Part shown: positions 8,824 through 17,435 of the stretch, piece after piece
Position numbering within the stretch: the first letter of the stretch is position 1
Layout of the letters: each line of letters begins with the position of its first letter
Source: a virus
Length of the DNA: 64,000 nucleotides
IMG/VR virus record: IMGVR_UViG_3300045391_005035
Strand: one strand, 5' to 3'
Position numbers and translations under genes: made by a program
The notes under the pieces: generated by a model
Databases searched by the model: none
Seen by the model: only the letters and a program-made list of their open reading frames with translations
What the model was told of the DNA's origin: nothing

Positions 8824-9195
8824 TCACGTCCACCTGAAGCCGAGTAGTGCCATGCAGAACGCCGCGATCTCCTGCGCTGGCGCGCTGGAGTGAGATGCGA
8901 GGATGCGCAGAAACGCGTGCAGCACGGAGATGTCTCGGAACGTGATGAGCACGTTCTGCCCGCGGAAGCTGATCGTGACGCGATCGGCGAAGCCCATGCC
9001 CGCTGAGAGGTACGTCGCGAGCGTCGCTGCCTGGTCCGCTTCGTCCTTGTCGTCGAGCACCAGCGTGAAGACTTCCGGTGGTGCGCAGAGCGCGCTGTGT
9101 CCACGCTCGTCGCGATAGCGCCAGATGTGCCGCTTGAACTCCCGGAACGGCGGGACGGTGCCAGCGGGTACGGCGAGGCGCGGAACGGCGCTCAC
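8824..9195 (-). CDS. Hypothetical protein
   Basis: Coupled to the DnaJ gene. Confidence 0.6.
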   Translation of the reverse strand: MSAVPRLAVPAGTVPPFREFKRHIWRYRDERGHSALCAPPEVFTLVLDDKDEADQAATLATYLSAGMGFADRVTISFRGQNVLITFRDISVLHAFLRILASHSSAPAQEIAAFCMALLGFRWT

Positions 9196-9788
9196 GTCGC
9201 CACGCTCCGCACCTTCATCATCACCTTGAAGGCGCGATCGATCTCCTCGAACCTCGCTCGCGCTGCCTCCTTCTCTTCGGAAGGTGCTCCCGGTGGCACG
9301 CGATCGGGGTGTGCCGCGCCCGCGAGCTTGCGGTACGCCTTCTTGATCTCATCGATGGGCGCGTCGGCATCGACACCGAGCACCTCCCAAGGCTTCGGCC
9401 CCTTCGGCACGCCCGCCTCCGGCGCACGGCCCGGAGGGGCGCCGCGGGCCGCGTTTTTCGCGAAGTCGGACATGCCGTTCTTGAGCGCGAGCATCTTCTC
9501 GTTGCCCGCATGCCACATGAACTTGAAGCAGCGCTCGCACGTCGCGAAGCCGTCGCCCTTCGCGCTGATCATCGCGAGCGCCTCGAAGGGGAACATGTTG
9601 TGACAGCCGCTGCACTTGTAGGCAGCGCGACGCAGCTCCTGCGGAATCTGCTGCATGGCGGCGCGCTGGCTGTCTACGCGGCCCTGGAAGAACTCCGTCG
9701 CGCGCTCGAATACGGCGTCGATGCCGACATCGATGGCGCGATCCAAGACGTCGTCGAGGCGTGCCTGATGGCTGGGCTTGCGAGGCAT
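9192..9788 (-). CDS. Zn-finger plus C-terminal J-domain co-chaperone
   Basis: CSGC...CERC; PWEVLGV...IKKAYRKLAGAAHPD (HPD motif). Confidence 0.85.
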   Translation of the reverse strand: MPRKPSHQARLDDVLDRAIDVGIDAVFERATEFFQGRVDSQRAAMQQIPQELRRAAYKCSGCHNMFPFEALAMISAKGDGFATCERCFKFMWHAGNEKMLALKNGMSDFAKNAARGAPPGRAPEAGVPKGPKPWEVLGVDADAPIDEIKKAYRKLAGAAHPDRVPPGAPSEEKEAARARFEEIDRAFKVMMKVRSVAT

Positions 9789-9798
9789 CCGTGTTCCC

Positions 9799-10107
9799 TC
9801 AGATCACGACGAGCGTGGAGCCGAGCCCGGCCGCCGGCACGAGTCGCCCTCGAAGCATCATGCGCCGATCGGCGCGCACGGCGAGGCCTGCGCCAGGGTT
9901 CACGAACCCGCCGAGTCCGTCGTCCGGGCAGCCGAGCGGAAAGGGGAGCGGTGCGTAGTTGCCGATCGCGCGACCGCCTCGCGCGTTGTACGCGACCGTC
10001 TCGTTCGGAATGATGGTCCTGAGCTGACGCGCCCAGACGCTGTGCGCATTCGCGAAGCGACGCATCGGCTGCGTGCCGGGGAGGACCTTGGCGACGTGGT
10101 AGCTCAT
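9799..10107 (-). CDS. Small putative virion protein (MSY start, GLG motifs)
   Basis: MSYH...IIPN...DGLGG...AGLGS. Confidence 0.6.
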   Translation of the reverse strand: MSYHVAKVLPGTQPMRRFANAHSVWARQLRTIIPNETVAYNARGGRAIGNYAPLPFPLGCPDDGLGGFVNPGAGLAVRADRRMMLRGRLVPAAGLGSTLVVI

Positions 10108-10982
10108 GAACGAATCCTACCCTTCTTCCGGCTGGTTCGCCGCTTCTTGCGGCTCGTTCGCTTGTTCGGGGCGACACGGCGATGCTTCATCGACGCGCTC
10201 CGTTGCGACGTAGACAGCGACGTGCGCTTCGATGGCGTTGCGGCAATCCAGTTGTCGTCGAGCGGCACGATGGTCGTGGACATGTCCTCGTGCAGCGCCG
10301 GAAAATAGAGCGAGTCGATCTCCGCCACGTGACCCACCAGCGCGGGAATCAGCTGGCCCCACCGATCGCGAGCATCGACGAGACGCACGTACACCATCTG
10401 GTAGATCGTGTACCCGTGCGTTTTATCGAAATCCGTCGTCACGTGATCGACAACACCACGTGCCCCCGCCGGAATGGTGCCGGCCAACGATTCGACCGCC
10501 GCCGAGAACTTCACGCGCGTGCCTGGCGCGTAGGTGTGCTGCACCCAGTTTCCATACGCCGCCGACGCCAGCGTCGTACCTGACAGCAGCGGTGCCGGTG
10601 GCACCGGGTTCGGCGTCGTGTGTCGTCCTTTCCACGAACGCTTGAGCGGAACCGTCTGCGGACCCCAGTTGTCGACCAGCGGGCGGAGCGTTGTGTGGGC
10701 GACCTCGTAGTCGACGTCCGCCCACCACTTCTCCTGGTGAGCGCCGAACAGAAGCGGTGTCGCAACTGTCGTTTCGAGCCCGAGGTCACGAGAGCTTCGA
10801 TACAGGCGTCGGACGCGAGCGACGGTGCCAGCCGGCAGGATCATCTCTTCCAGATCGTCACCGACCTTCGTGAAGAACGCGACCGGCTTCAGTAGGCGGA
10901 CCGGCGTATCGACAGCGTAGGTCTTCTCGACCCAGTCGTCCCACGGCGGAATGTAGTGGCCAACCGGCGGCGGCGGGATCAC
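10104..10982 (-). CDS. Two-domain SH3/DUF4314-like protein with basic KRTS tail
   Basis: Two copies of W...TYA.GT.V..PAG..G.V...PL.DNW, separated by TTPN; VAPN-KRTSRKK tail. Confidence 0.65.
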   Translation of the reverse strand: MIPPPPVGHYIPPWDDWVEKTYAVDTPVRLLKPVAFFTKVGDDLEEMILPAGTVARVRRLYRSSRDLGLETTVATPLLFGAHQEKWWADVDYEVAHTTLRPLVDNWGPQTVPLKRSWKGRHTTPNPVPPAPLLSGTTLASAAYGNWVQHTYAPGTRVKFSAAVESLAGTIPAGARGVVDHVTTDFDKTHGYTIYQMVYVRLVDARDRWGQLIPALVGHVAEIDSLYFPALHEDMSTTIVPLDDNWIAATPSKRTSLSTSQRSASMKHRRVAPNKRTSRKKRRTSRKKGRIRS

Positions 10983-12028
10983 AGGAGCCTCCTACGCTTC
11001 AGTTCGTCGTAGATCTCCTGCTGCTCTTCCGGAGACCACTGATCGTCATCGATGTGGATCGACCTTCGCGTCGACGATCCGGTAGCGTAGTCCTCGTTCG
11101 CATCCGACTGCGTATACCATCGGGCCGGACCAGGATAGTCGCTGCCTTCGACGTGGCCGAGTTCTTCCGCGATGATCTTGGCCGCTCGCTGCGCGAACGA
11201 CTCACCCTCGTCTAGGTCGGCTGCGTCGATCTCGATGTCACTCAGCGACTCGTGATCGATCTCCGGGTACACGTCCGGCTCGCTCGCGTGCACCGTCTCG
11301 CTCGTAAACCCGAGCCGACGCGAGCCACCGAGCTGCGCGGCCGCCTCTGGCGCCACTCCACCGCCCACCGTGCCGCCGATGTAGTAGCGACAATCGCGGT
11401 TCGCGCAGTCGCGGTTCCAGATGCCTTCGAAGTAGTCGTGCGAGCCGCAGGACGGACACGTTGCGTTCGGTGCGAGCCTGCGATGCTTCATCGACGACGG
11501 CCGCGTCTGATGCGGAGCCCAGTTGTCATCGAGCGGGACGAGCCACGTCAGAATGTGAGAACCAATCGGCCGCGTCAGCAGGTTCGTGTTCTTGGCGTCG
11601 AGGAGCTTCCACATGTCCTCGATGTCGGCCGCTACCCAGCTCTGGGCTTCTCCAGGAGCCGCATCGGCGACGTACGAATACGAGCGCGCATCAACAACGC
11701 GCACAGTGATCTGCAATGGGTAGTTATACGCATCGTTGCGCGTAACAGCGACCACCGTACCGCGCGTACCGTCGGGAACGAGCGCGGCCACGGTCGACGT
11801 CCGCAGGTCGTGTGGACCACCTGGGTACCACCCCACTCCGCCGCCCCAGAACTTCACTGGCGTCCCAGGGGCGAACGTGCGGCGCGACCACTTCTCCAGG
11901 TCGTCGACGCCGTGGGTAAGGGCCTGCGGCGGCGGAGGGATTGGGTTCTGATGAACGCGCCGGCTCGTTCGCTTCGTCGGATTCTTCGACGTGCGCTTCG
12001 GACGCCGTGATGTACGCCGCTTCGTCAC
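10979..12028 (-). CDS. Multidomain putative cargo protein (basic leader, SH3-like domain, Zn ribbon, acidic domain)
   Basis: KRTS leader-VHQN; third copy of the DNW domain; LAPN-CPSC..CANRDC. Confidence 0.65.
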   Translation of the reverse strand: MTKRRTSRRPKRTSKNPTKRTSRRVHQNPIPPPPQALTHGVDDLEKWSRRTFAPGTPVKFWGGGVGWYPGGPHDLRTSTVAALVPDGTRGTVVAVTRNDAYNYPLQITVRVVDARSYSYVADAAPGEAQSWVAADIEDMWKLLDAKNTNLLTRPIGSHILTWLVPLDDNWAPHQTRPSSMKHRRLAPNATCPSCGSHDYFEGIWNRDCANRDCRYYIGGTVGGGVAPEAAAQLGGSRRLGFTSETVHASEPDVYPEIDHESLSDIEIDAADLDEGESFAQRAAKIIAEELGHVEGSDYPGPARWYTQSDANEDYATGSSTRRSIHIDDDQWSPEEQQEIYDELKRRRLL

Positions 12029-12621
12029 CAGTCCTCGTCGCCGCGGTCCCGCTCGGACCACTCCATGTAGCGTTCGTCCTCGTTCCAGTGCTCGTAGGGG
12101 CGCATCATGCGCGCTCCCAGCTCGCCCAGCAGCTCTTCGACGACCTGCATGCGCAGCCCGGTGTCATCGCCGTGCTTCTTGTCGTTCTGGTAGAACTCGT
12201 CCGTGAACTTCTGATGCTGTTCGAGCACCTCGGAGGGCCACTGTCGCTGCGGCTTGTTCAGGACGTTCTCGTCGAACGGCGCGCCTTGGCCGATCTGTTC
12301 CTGAACCCACAGGCCGAGCTTCTCGTCGGCGTAGTCGGCCGCGCGATCGGCCATCGCGTCGGCTTCTGCCTCGCGGTCCTCGTCTGACCTGAACGAACGC
12401 TCTTCGAGCTTCGAGTTCAGGTCGTTCCATTCGCTCGCGAGCTTGTCGATCATCTCGCGACGAATCTTCGCCCTCAGGTCGTTCTCGTCCTCGGGCTCGC
12501 GATCGTCGCTGTACGACCAGCCGCGCGTCGGGGCTCGGTAGTTGCTCCGCAGTGATGCTCCCGGGGAACGCTTGCTCGTTCGGCGCTTGCTCGACTTCTT
12601 CTTGCTCGTTCGCTTCGTCAT
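12025..12621 (-). CDS. Basic-leader acidic protein (putative cargo)
   Basis: MTKRTSKKKSSKRRTSKR...LRSN followed by an acidic helical body. Confidence 0.65.
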   Translation of the reverse strand: MTKRTSKKKSSKRRTSKRSPGASLRSNYRAPTRGWSYSDDREPEDENDLRAKIRREMIDKLASEWNDLNSKLEERSFRSDEDREAEADAMADRAADYADEKLGLWVQEQIGQGAPFDENVLNKPQRQWPSEVLEQHQKFTDEFYQNDKKHGDDTGLRMQVVEELLGELGARMMRPYEHWNEDERYMEWSERDRGDEDW

Positions 12622-12624
12622 TGG

Positions 12625-12861
12625 TCAGCGTCTCCTTTTCGACGAGCGCTTGCGCGATGTTTTCAGCAGGCGGTACGCGCGCACGATGAGACTGCCAGCG
12701 GTGCGAGCCTTCCGCGAATCCACCGGACTGGCCACGCTAGCCGCGGCGTACAGTTCGTCCCACGCCTTCACGAGATGAAGACTGGCCGCGTTGATGTGCT
12801 CCTGGGTGTCGCGAGAGACGGTACGCGGCCCAGCGGCCTTTCGACTCGTTCGCTTCGTCAT
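12625..12861 (-). CDS. Small basic protein
   Basis: MTKRTSRK...KTSRKRSSKRRR. Confidence 0.6.
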   Translation of the reverse strand: MTKRTSRKAAGPRTVSRDTQEHINAASLHLVKAWDELYAAASVASPVDSRKARTAGSLIVRAYRLLKTSRKRSSKRRR

Positions 12862-13790
12862 GCGGCCGCTCCTTCGTTCGCCGGCAGACCTGCGCGGCGT
12901 AGCGCGTCCTCGACACGGTACACGATGCGTCCGTGCGCACCGTATCGCCGCGCAACCACCGGCCACTCGCCGTCCCAGTCGATGAGCGTCGACTCGCCAG
13001 ATCGCTTGCCGCTCTCGGCGCCGTCGACCATCGCCGAGCAGATGTCGGCCTTCCGATCGAGCGCTGAACCGTGCGACACATAGAGACCGGGCGGGAGGTG
13101 TCCGAGCGCCCGCCGGGCACCTCCGGGCAGTCGCTGTGGCAGCTCCTGCTCGCGCGCGATTTTCACCGCAGCCATGACGCGCTTGCCCGTGGCTTCCGAT
13201 GTCTCCACCGTGCCGCTCTCGATGTCCTCGACCGCTTCCTCTGCGTCGTCGGGCTCCGGCTCCACTGCCGGCGTCTTCGCCTCGAAGCGACTGCCGAAGC
13301 CGGCTGGCGGCATCGCCGCGTACGTTCGGATGGGCGCCGTCGCGATAGGCGCCGGCGCAATCCTACGGCGCAGGCTGCCCTCGATAATGCGGCTCGTCTC
13401 GCGCACACGGTTCTCCGCGGCGAGCATGCGGTGCTCCAGCTCACGTACTTCCGTCGCGAGCCAGACAGCTCGCGGATCCGCGCACATGCTCAGGTACTCT
13501 GGCGCGTCGATCATCGCCTCGCTGACGAGCACGTCGGCGACCGCCCGGCGAAGCTCGGCAGTGAGCGGAAGCGTGTCGATGTCGACTCCGGCCGCCGTCG
13601 CGAGCGCGGTGAGCGCCTCGGGCAGCGGCACCTCCGAGAGCGTGACCGCGAAGAAAACGCCTTCGTCGTACCCGAACAGACGATCGAAGAAACGGAGCTT
13701 GCGACCCACGTACCGCAGGGTGATTGCTCCGGTACTCCTGTCCTGGCTCTGCCTGATGTCGACGCGCGAGAGGTAGGTGAGGCGGCTCAT
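12858..13790 (-). CDS. Hypothetical protein
   Basis: GGAGG RBS before MSRLTY; coupled to the next gene. Confidence 0.65.
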   Translation of the reverse strand: MSRLTYLSRVDIRQSQDRSTGAITLRYVGRKLRFFDRLFGYDEGVFFAVTLSEVPLPEALTALATAAGVDIDTLPLTAELRRAVADVLVSEAMIDAPEYLSMCADPRAVWLATEVRELEHRMLAAENRVRETSRIIEGSLRRRIAPAPIATAPIRTYAAMPPAGFGSRFEAKTPAVEPEPDDAEEAVEDIESGTVETSEATGKRVMAAVKIAREQELPQRLPGGARRALGHLPPGLYVSHGSALDRKADICSAMVDGAESGKRSGESTLIDWDGEWPVVARRYGAHGRIVYRVEDALRRAGLPANEGAAA

Positions 13791-13940
13791 GAGCGGGACC
13801 TCCAGAAGAACAGAACCTGAAGCGAGGACAGTATGTCTGCTCTCAGACTTGTGGGGCACGCCTGGACCAGGTCGAACTCCTTGATGGAGCCGCCGGATCG
13901 GACACACCGTCCCCGCTTCAGACTCTGTTCTACCACTACC

Positions 13941-14627
13941 TCATGCGGTGATGCGACTCAGGATTGTCTGGAGGATGCGCTGGTCCATGTTGTAGCCGGA
14001 GAACTCGGCCGACATCATGCGCACGTCGAACGGCGGCTCGCGCAGGACCTGCACCGTCAGCTCGATCGCGTCGCCGCTCATCGCGTACGAAGCGAACCCT
14101 TCGCCGAGCGGGTTGTTGGTCCCCGAGAACGGGAACGCGGTGCCCTGGCCAGGCACCGGCGGCACGGACAGCCCGGCGGCGCCCTGCGAGGGCTTGTAGT
14201 TGATGACCTGGCCACGCGCCGTGACGTTCGTGACCATGTCGTACGGCGAGCGGTTGCCTACCTTCACCTCGAAGCCGAAGTAGCTCGCCACGCGCGCCGC
14301 CGGCACCTCGGTGATGTCCTCCACTCCGATGCCGGACTGCTGGTACACCTTGAACCCGAAGTTCTTGATGAGGAACGCCTGGTTCTGCGGCACGACCAGC
14401 TTCACAACCGGCAGCGGCACCGGGAACGGGGGCAGGTTGCCGACGAATAGCGGCTTCGGATAGTTCCGAAAGAAGATCCTGTTGAGGAAGACGGTCGACT
14501 TCGCTGGCAGGAACTGCCAGAAGCCGTTGACAATCTGCGCGGTGACGACGGGCCTGCTGACCTCTCCTTGAGGGAGAGGCGCCGGCGGCAGGTCCTGCCG
14601 AGCACCACGTCGCATGGAGCCGTTCAC
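13941..14627 (-). CDS. Putative jelly-roll capsid-associated protein 3
   Basis: Beta-rich alternating strands (VKLVVPQNQAFLIKNFGFKVY, IELTVQV, SAEFSGY); directly downstream of two similar genes. Confidence 0.5.
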   Translation of the reverse strand: MNGSMRRGARQDLPPAPLPQGEVSRPVVTAQIVNGFWQFLPAKSTVFLNRIFFRNYPKPLFVGNLPPFPVPLPVVKLVVPQNQAFLIKNFGFKVYQQSGIGVEDITEVPAARVASYFGFEVKVGNRSPYDMVTNVTARGQVINYKPSQGAAGLSVPPVPGQGTAFPFSGTNNPLGEGFASYAMSGDAIELTVQVLREPPFDVRMMSAEFSGYNMDQRILQTILSRITA

Positions 14628-14635
14628 GGCCTACC

Positions 14636-15574
14636 TCACGTCGCCGGCGACTGCGCCTGGAGGATCTTGTAGCCGAGCATCGTGAAGTAGAGCGTGCCGC
14701 CGATCGCGACGACGGCGCGGCCCACGGTCGGATCGTCGCCCGACGGATCGGGCGGCGGCTGCTGCTGACCCTCGGCGAAGCCGTTGGGCAGCTGCGCGTA
14801 GTTGACCTCGGCGAATCCGAGATCGCGCGTGAGCGTCGCCTTGAACTGGATCACCGCGCTCTGCGAGAAGAAGTCCGAGATGGGCAGGTACAGAGGCCGA
14901 TCGAACTCGCTGAAGATGTAGCGGCTCGGGATCGGAATCTGGTTCTGCCGGTTGCGGTCCACCGACGCATCGTAGATCTCGAAGAGGAAGTCGGCCTCAC
15001 CAGGGCGGAACGTCTGGACCGCCTGCGCGCCCGCGACCGTGATCGGACCCACGCGTGCTCCGATGTACGCGCCCGAGAACGGGTCGGCGGTGCTGGCGAC
15101 CGGACGGAAACGACCAGTGAGCGGCGTGATGACCTCGGTGCCCGCCACCGGGTCGCCCGGACGCCCCTCGTTCTGGCTGCCGTAGGGGCCGACCGAGTAC
15201 GTCTTCATCAGCATCGCGCTGAGGTACGTCGTGCAGACGAACGGGCCGTCCTGCGAGATCGGCTGCGTGTCCTGCATCTGCTTGCCGGCGAGCGTCACCG
15301 ACGGCTGATCCGGACCCGGGATGTTGATCTGGAAGTTCAGGAAGTAGGGCACCCGCTTGCCGGGGATGTCCTCGATGTAGCGGATGCGCTTCGCTGCCTT
15401 CGCGAGCGAGTCGGCGAGGCGACGCAACTCCAGCTTGTTGTCCGCGAACTCGCCCGCCATCTTGCGGTACGCGCGATGCAGCGCTTCGAGCTGCGTGCGC
15501 TGACGAAGCTCGCGGTCCTCCATCTGACGGAGGTAGGCGGAGACCTGCGGGTCGCTTACGAACGGGGGCGGCAT
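14636..15574 (-). CDS. Putative jelly-roll capsid protein 2 with N-terminal coiled coil
   Basis: PYFLNFQINI...ISQDGPFVC...RPLYLP...IQFKAT...LYFTMLGYKI. Confidence 0.55.
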   Translation of the reverse strand: MPPPFVSDPQVSAYLRQMEDRELRQRTQLEALHRAYRKMAGEFADNKLELRRLADSLAKAAKRIRYIEDIPGKRVPYFLNFQINIPGPDQPSVTLAGKQMQDTQPISQDGPFVCTTYLSAMLMKTYSVGPYGSQNEGRPGDPVAGTEVITPLTGRFRPVASTADPFSGAYIGARVGPITVAGAQAVQTFRPGEADFLFEIYDASVDRNRQNQIPIPSRYIFSEFDRPLYLPISDFFSQSAVIQFKATLTRDLGFAEVNYAQLPNGFAEGQQQPPPDPSGDDPTVGRAVVAIGGTLYFTMLGYKILQAQSPAT

Positions 15575-15674
15575 CGTGACCTTCCTCTGCCCGTTGTTCG
15601 GGCGTTGGCTTGGTGTTTCGGCTGTTGGTCGCCGTCTCCGAAATCGAGCTGGTGTTCGATCTCAGAGACCGCGA

Positions 15675-15696
15675 GGCGGCCCCGCGAAGGGCCGCC
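15675..15696 (-). terminator. GC hairpin after the putative MCP gene (stabiliser or attenuator)
   Basis: GGCGGCCC/GGGCCGCC stem; no U-tract. Confidence 0.4.
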
Positions 15697-15711
15697 CAGC
15701 GATCGCGTCGC

Positions 15712-16479
15712 TCAGAGAACGTCGCGCGAGTGGATGCCGTCGATCAGGTACTTGATGTCCTTCTCGATGTCGTCCGTGCCGGCGACCGACACGTCGCCGG
15801 TCGAGAGGGCCGTCTGACCCGTGGTGATCGCCGCGAGCGGACCGACGCTGCCGTCGATCAGGCCCAGGAGCTGCTCCTGGATGCTCGCGCCCGGCGCCTG
15901 GCCCATCTGGGCGAGCGTCGCGATGCACTGGAAGCCCTGACGGGGCGGGATGAGGATCGGACGCGCCAGGCGCATCAGCGCCGACGACGTCGGCACGCCG
16001 TTGTTCGCGCGCGGGAGGCGCGAGTCGGCGAAGAAGCCGTCGAGGCCGCCGGCGAACGGCGTGTACGCCGTGAACGTCGTCAGCTGCGGCTTGTCGCCGG
16101 CCTGGAACTGCCAGAACAGCTGGTTCTGGCTCTGGTGGTAGAGCTTGTGGACGCGCATCGTGCGGTCCGGGAACACGCCCGGAACCGAGCCGACGGACTG
16201 CGTCGCGCCGGCGACGGTGTAGGTGGCCTCCGGGTTGAACCGGAAGTAGCACCAGACGCGCACGGCGAGCGTGATGAACGTCTGATCCGACGGGAAGGTG
16301 CCACCCGTCGTGAGGTTGCTGACCGCCAGCTCCGCGCCCGAGCGCAGGAAGAGCTGCACGCGGCTGGAGAGCTGGTTCGCGCCCGGGTTCGCGCGGAGGT
16401 CGACGTGACCGTCCGTGCGGATGAGGCTGTCGTAGAAGGGCTGGTGGACGCGCTCGCGCGTTCCGACGATCTTCGGCAT
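15712..16479 (-). CDS. Putative major capsid protein, single jelly-roll type
   Basis: 255 aa, beta-rich; QPFYD...LF...SNL..GG.FP....F....VRV...RPILIPPRQGFQC...YLIDG; strongly C/G-ending codons; flanked by structured UTRs. Confidence 0.6.
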   Translation of the reverse strand: MPKIVGTRERVHQPFYDSLIRTDGHVDLRANPGANQLSSRVQLFLRSGAELAVSNLTTGGTFPSDQTFITLAVRVWCYFRFNPEATYTVAGATQSVGSVPGVFPDRTMRVHKLYHQSQNQLFWQFQAGDKPQLTTFTAYTPFAGGLDGFFADSRLPRANNGVPTSSALMRLARPILIPPRQGFQCIATLAQMGQAPGASIQEQLLGLIDGSVGPLAAITTGQTALSTGDVSVAGTDDIEKDIKYLIDGIHSRDVL

Positions 16480-16672
16480 GTTCGTTCTCACTCCCGGAGC
16501 TGTGCTCCGTTACGTATCGCCCGAGACCCCTCGGGTGATGTCCACGCCAAGTCCACTACCTGGCACCCCACGATGTTCGAATCCTTTTCAGGGGATTCTT
16601 TCTGCGACCCGGAACTCCCTCGTGGTCAGAGAGCTTTCACCCGTCGGCTACCGGGTCACAGGAAGTCTTGTG

Positions 16673-17389
16673 TCAGCTCCCACCCGCACTGAAGATGTTG
16701 CGAGCGTAGATGCCTCCGGCCCAGCCGCGATCGCGTGGCGAGCCCATCGTCTCCGTCACCGGGATGAACGCCCTCTTGCGGATCGCAGGCAGAGCCATGT
16801 CGATCGGCTCGACGGTCGAGATCGCCTCGACCGCAGAGAGAGCATCGTCCGCGTCGTCGACGCCGAGCATGCCCTTGTACGGCGCACCCGCGTGGCTCAC
16901 GTCGACCATCAGACCACCACCGAGCGACGAGCGCTGGTAGTACCCGCTCAGCACGTTCGCCGGCGGGGGCGTCGCAGCCGATGCGTTCGCCGCATCGACC
17001 GGGAGCATCGAGGAAGGAATCAGGGGCAGCAGTCCGGCGACGCCGGCGCCAGCGGCGACGGTCATCTGCGTCTCGGGGGAGAGCCCGAGCGAGTCACCGA
17101 ACATGTACGCGCCGTACGCGGCTGCCGACGAGGCGACGGCCGCGATCAGCCGGCGGTCCTGCCCAGGCAGGATCATCGGGCCGACCTTCGAGCCGAGCCA
17201 CTGCGTGAGCAGCACGCCGCCCGTCGCGCCGAGCGCCGGGAACACGATCTTCTCCATCACGTCGATGCCGCCGAGCGTCGCGTTGCGCGCGAGACGACGC
17301 AGGGCACCACGAGCGTTCGTGAGCAGCACGTACCGGTTGCGACGTACCTTGCGGCGGCCGCTCCTGCTCGTGCGCTTCTTCTTGCTCAT
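16673..17389 (-). CDS. Basic-N-terminus 3-TM virion membrane protein, paralogue of the 17436-19742 C-terminal half
   Basis: VRRNRYVLLTN vs MKRNRYVLMRN; EPIDMA...GGIYARNIF vs QPIDMA...GGIFARSIF. Confidence 0.7.
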   Translation of the reverse strand: MSKKKRTSRSGRRKVRRNRYVLLTNARGALRRLARNATLGGIDVMEKIVFPALGATGGVLLTQWLGSKVGPMILPGQDRRLIAAVASSAAAYGAYMFGDSLGLSPETQMTVAAGAGVAGLLPLIPSSMLPVDAANASAATPPPANVLSGYYQRSSLGGGLMVDVSHAGAPYKGMLGVDDADDALSAVEAISTVEPIDMALPAIRKRAFIPVTETMGSPRDRGWAGGIYARNIFSAGGS

Positions 17390-17435
17390 GGTGCCCTTGC
17401 TCCTCGTGATGGGTGGATGCGTCAGTTGCTGACCA

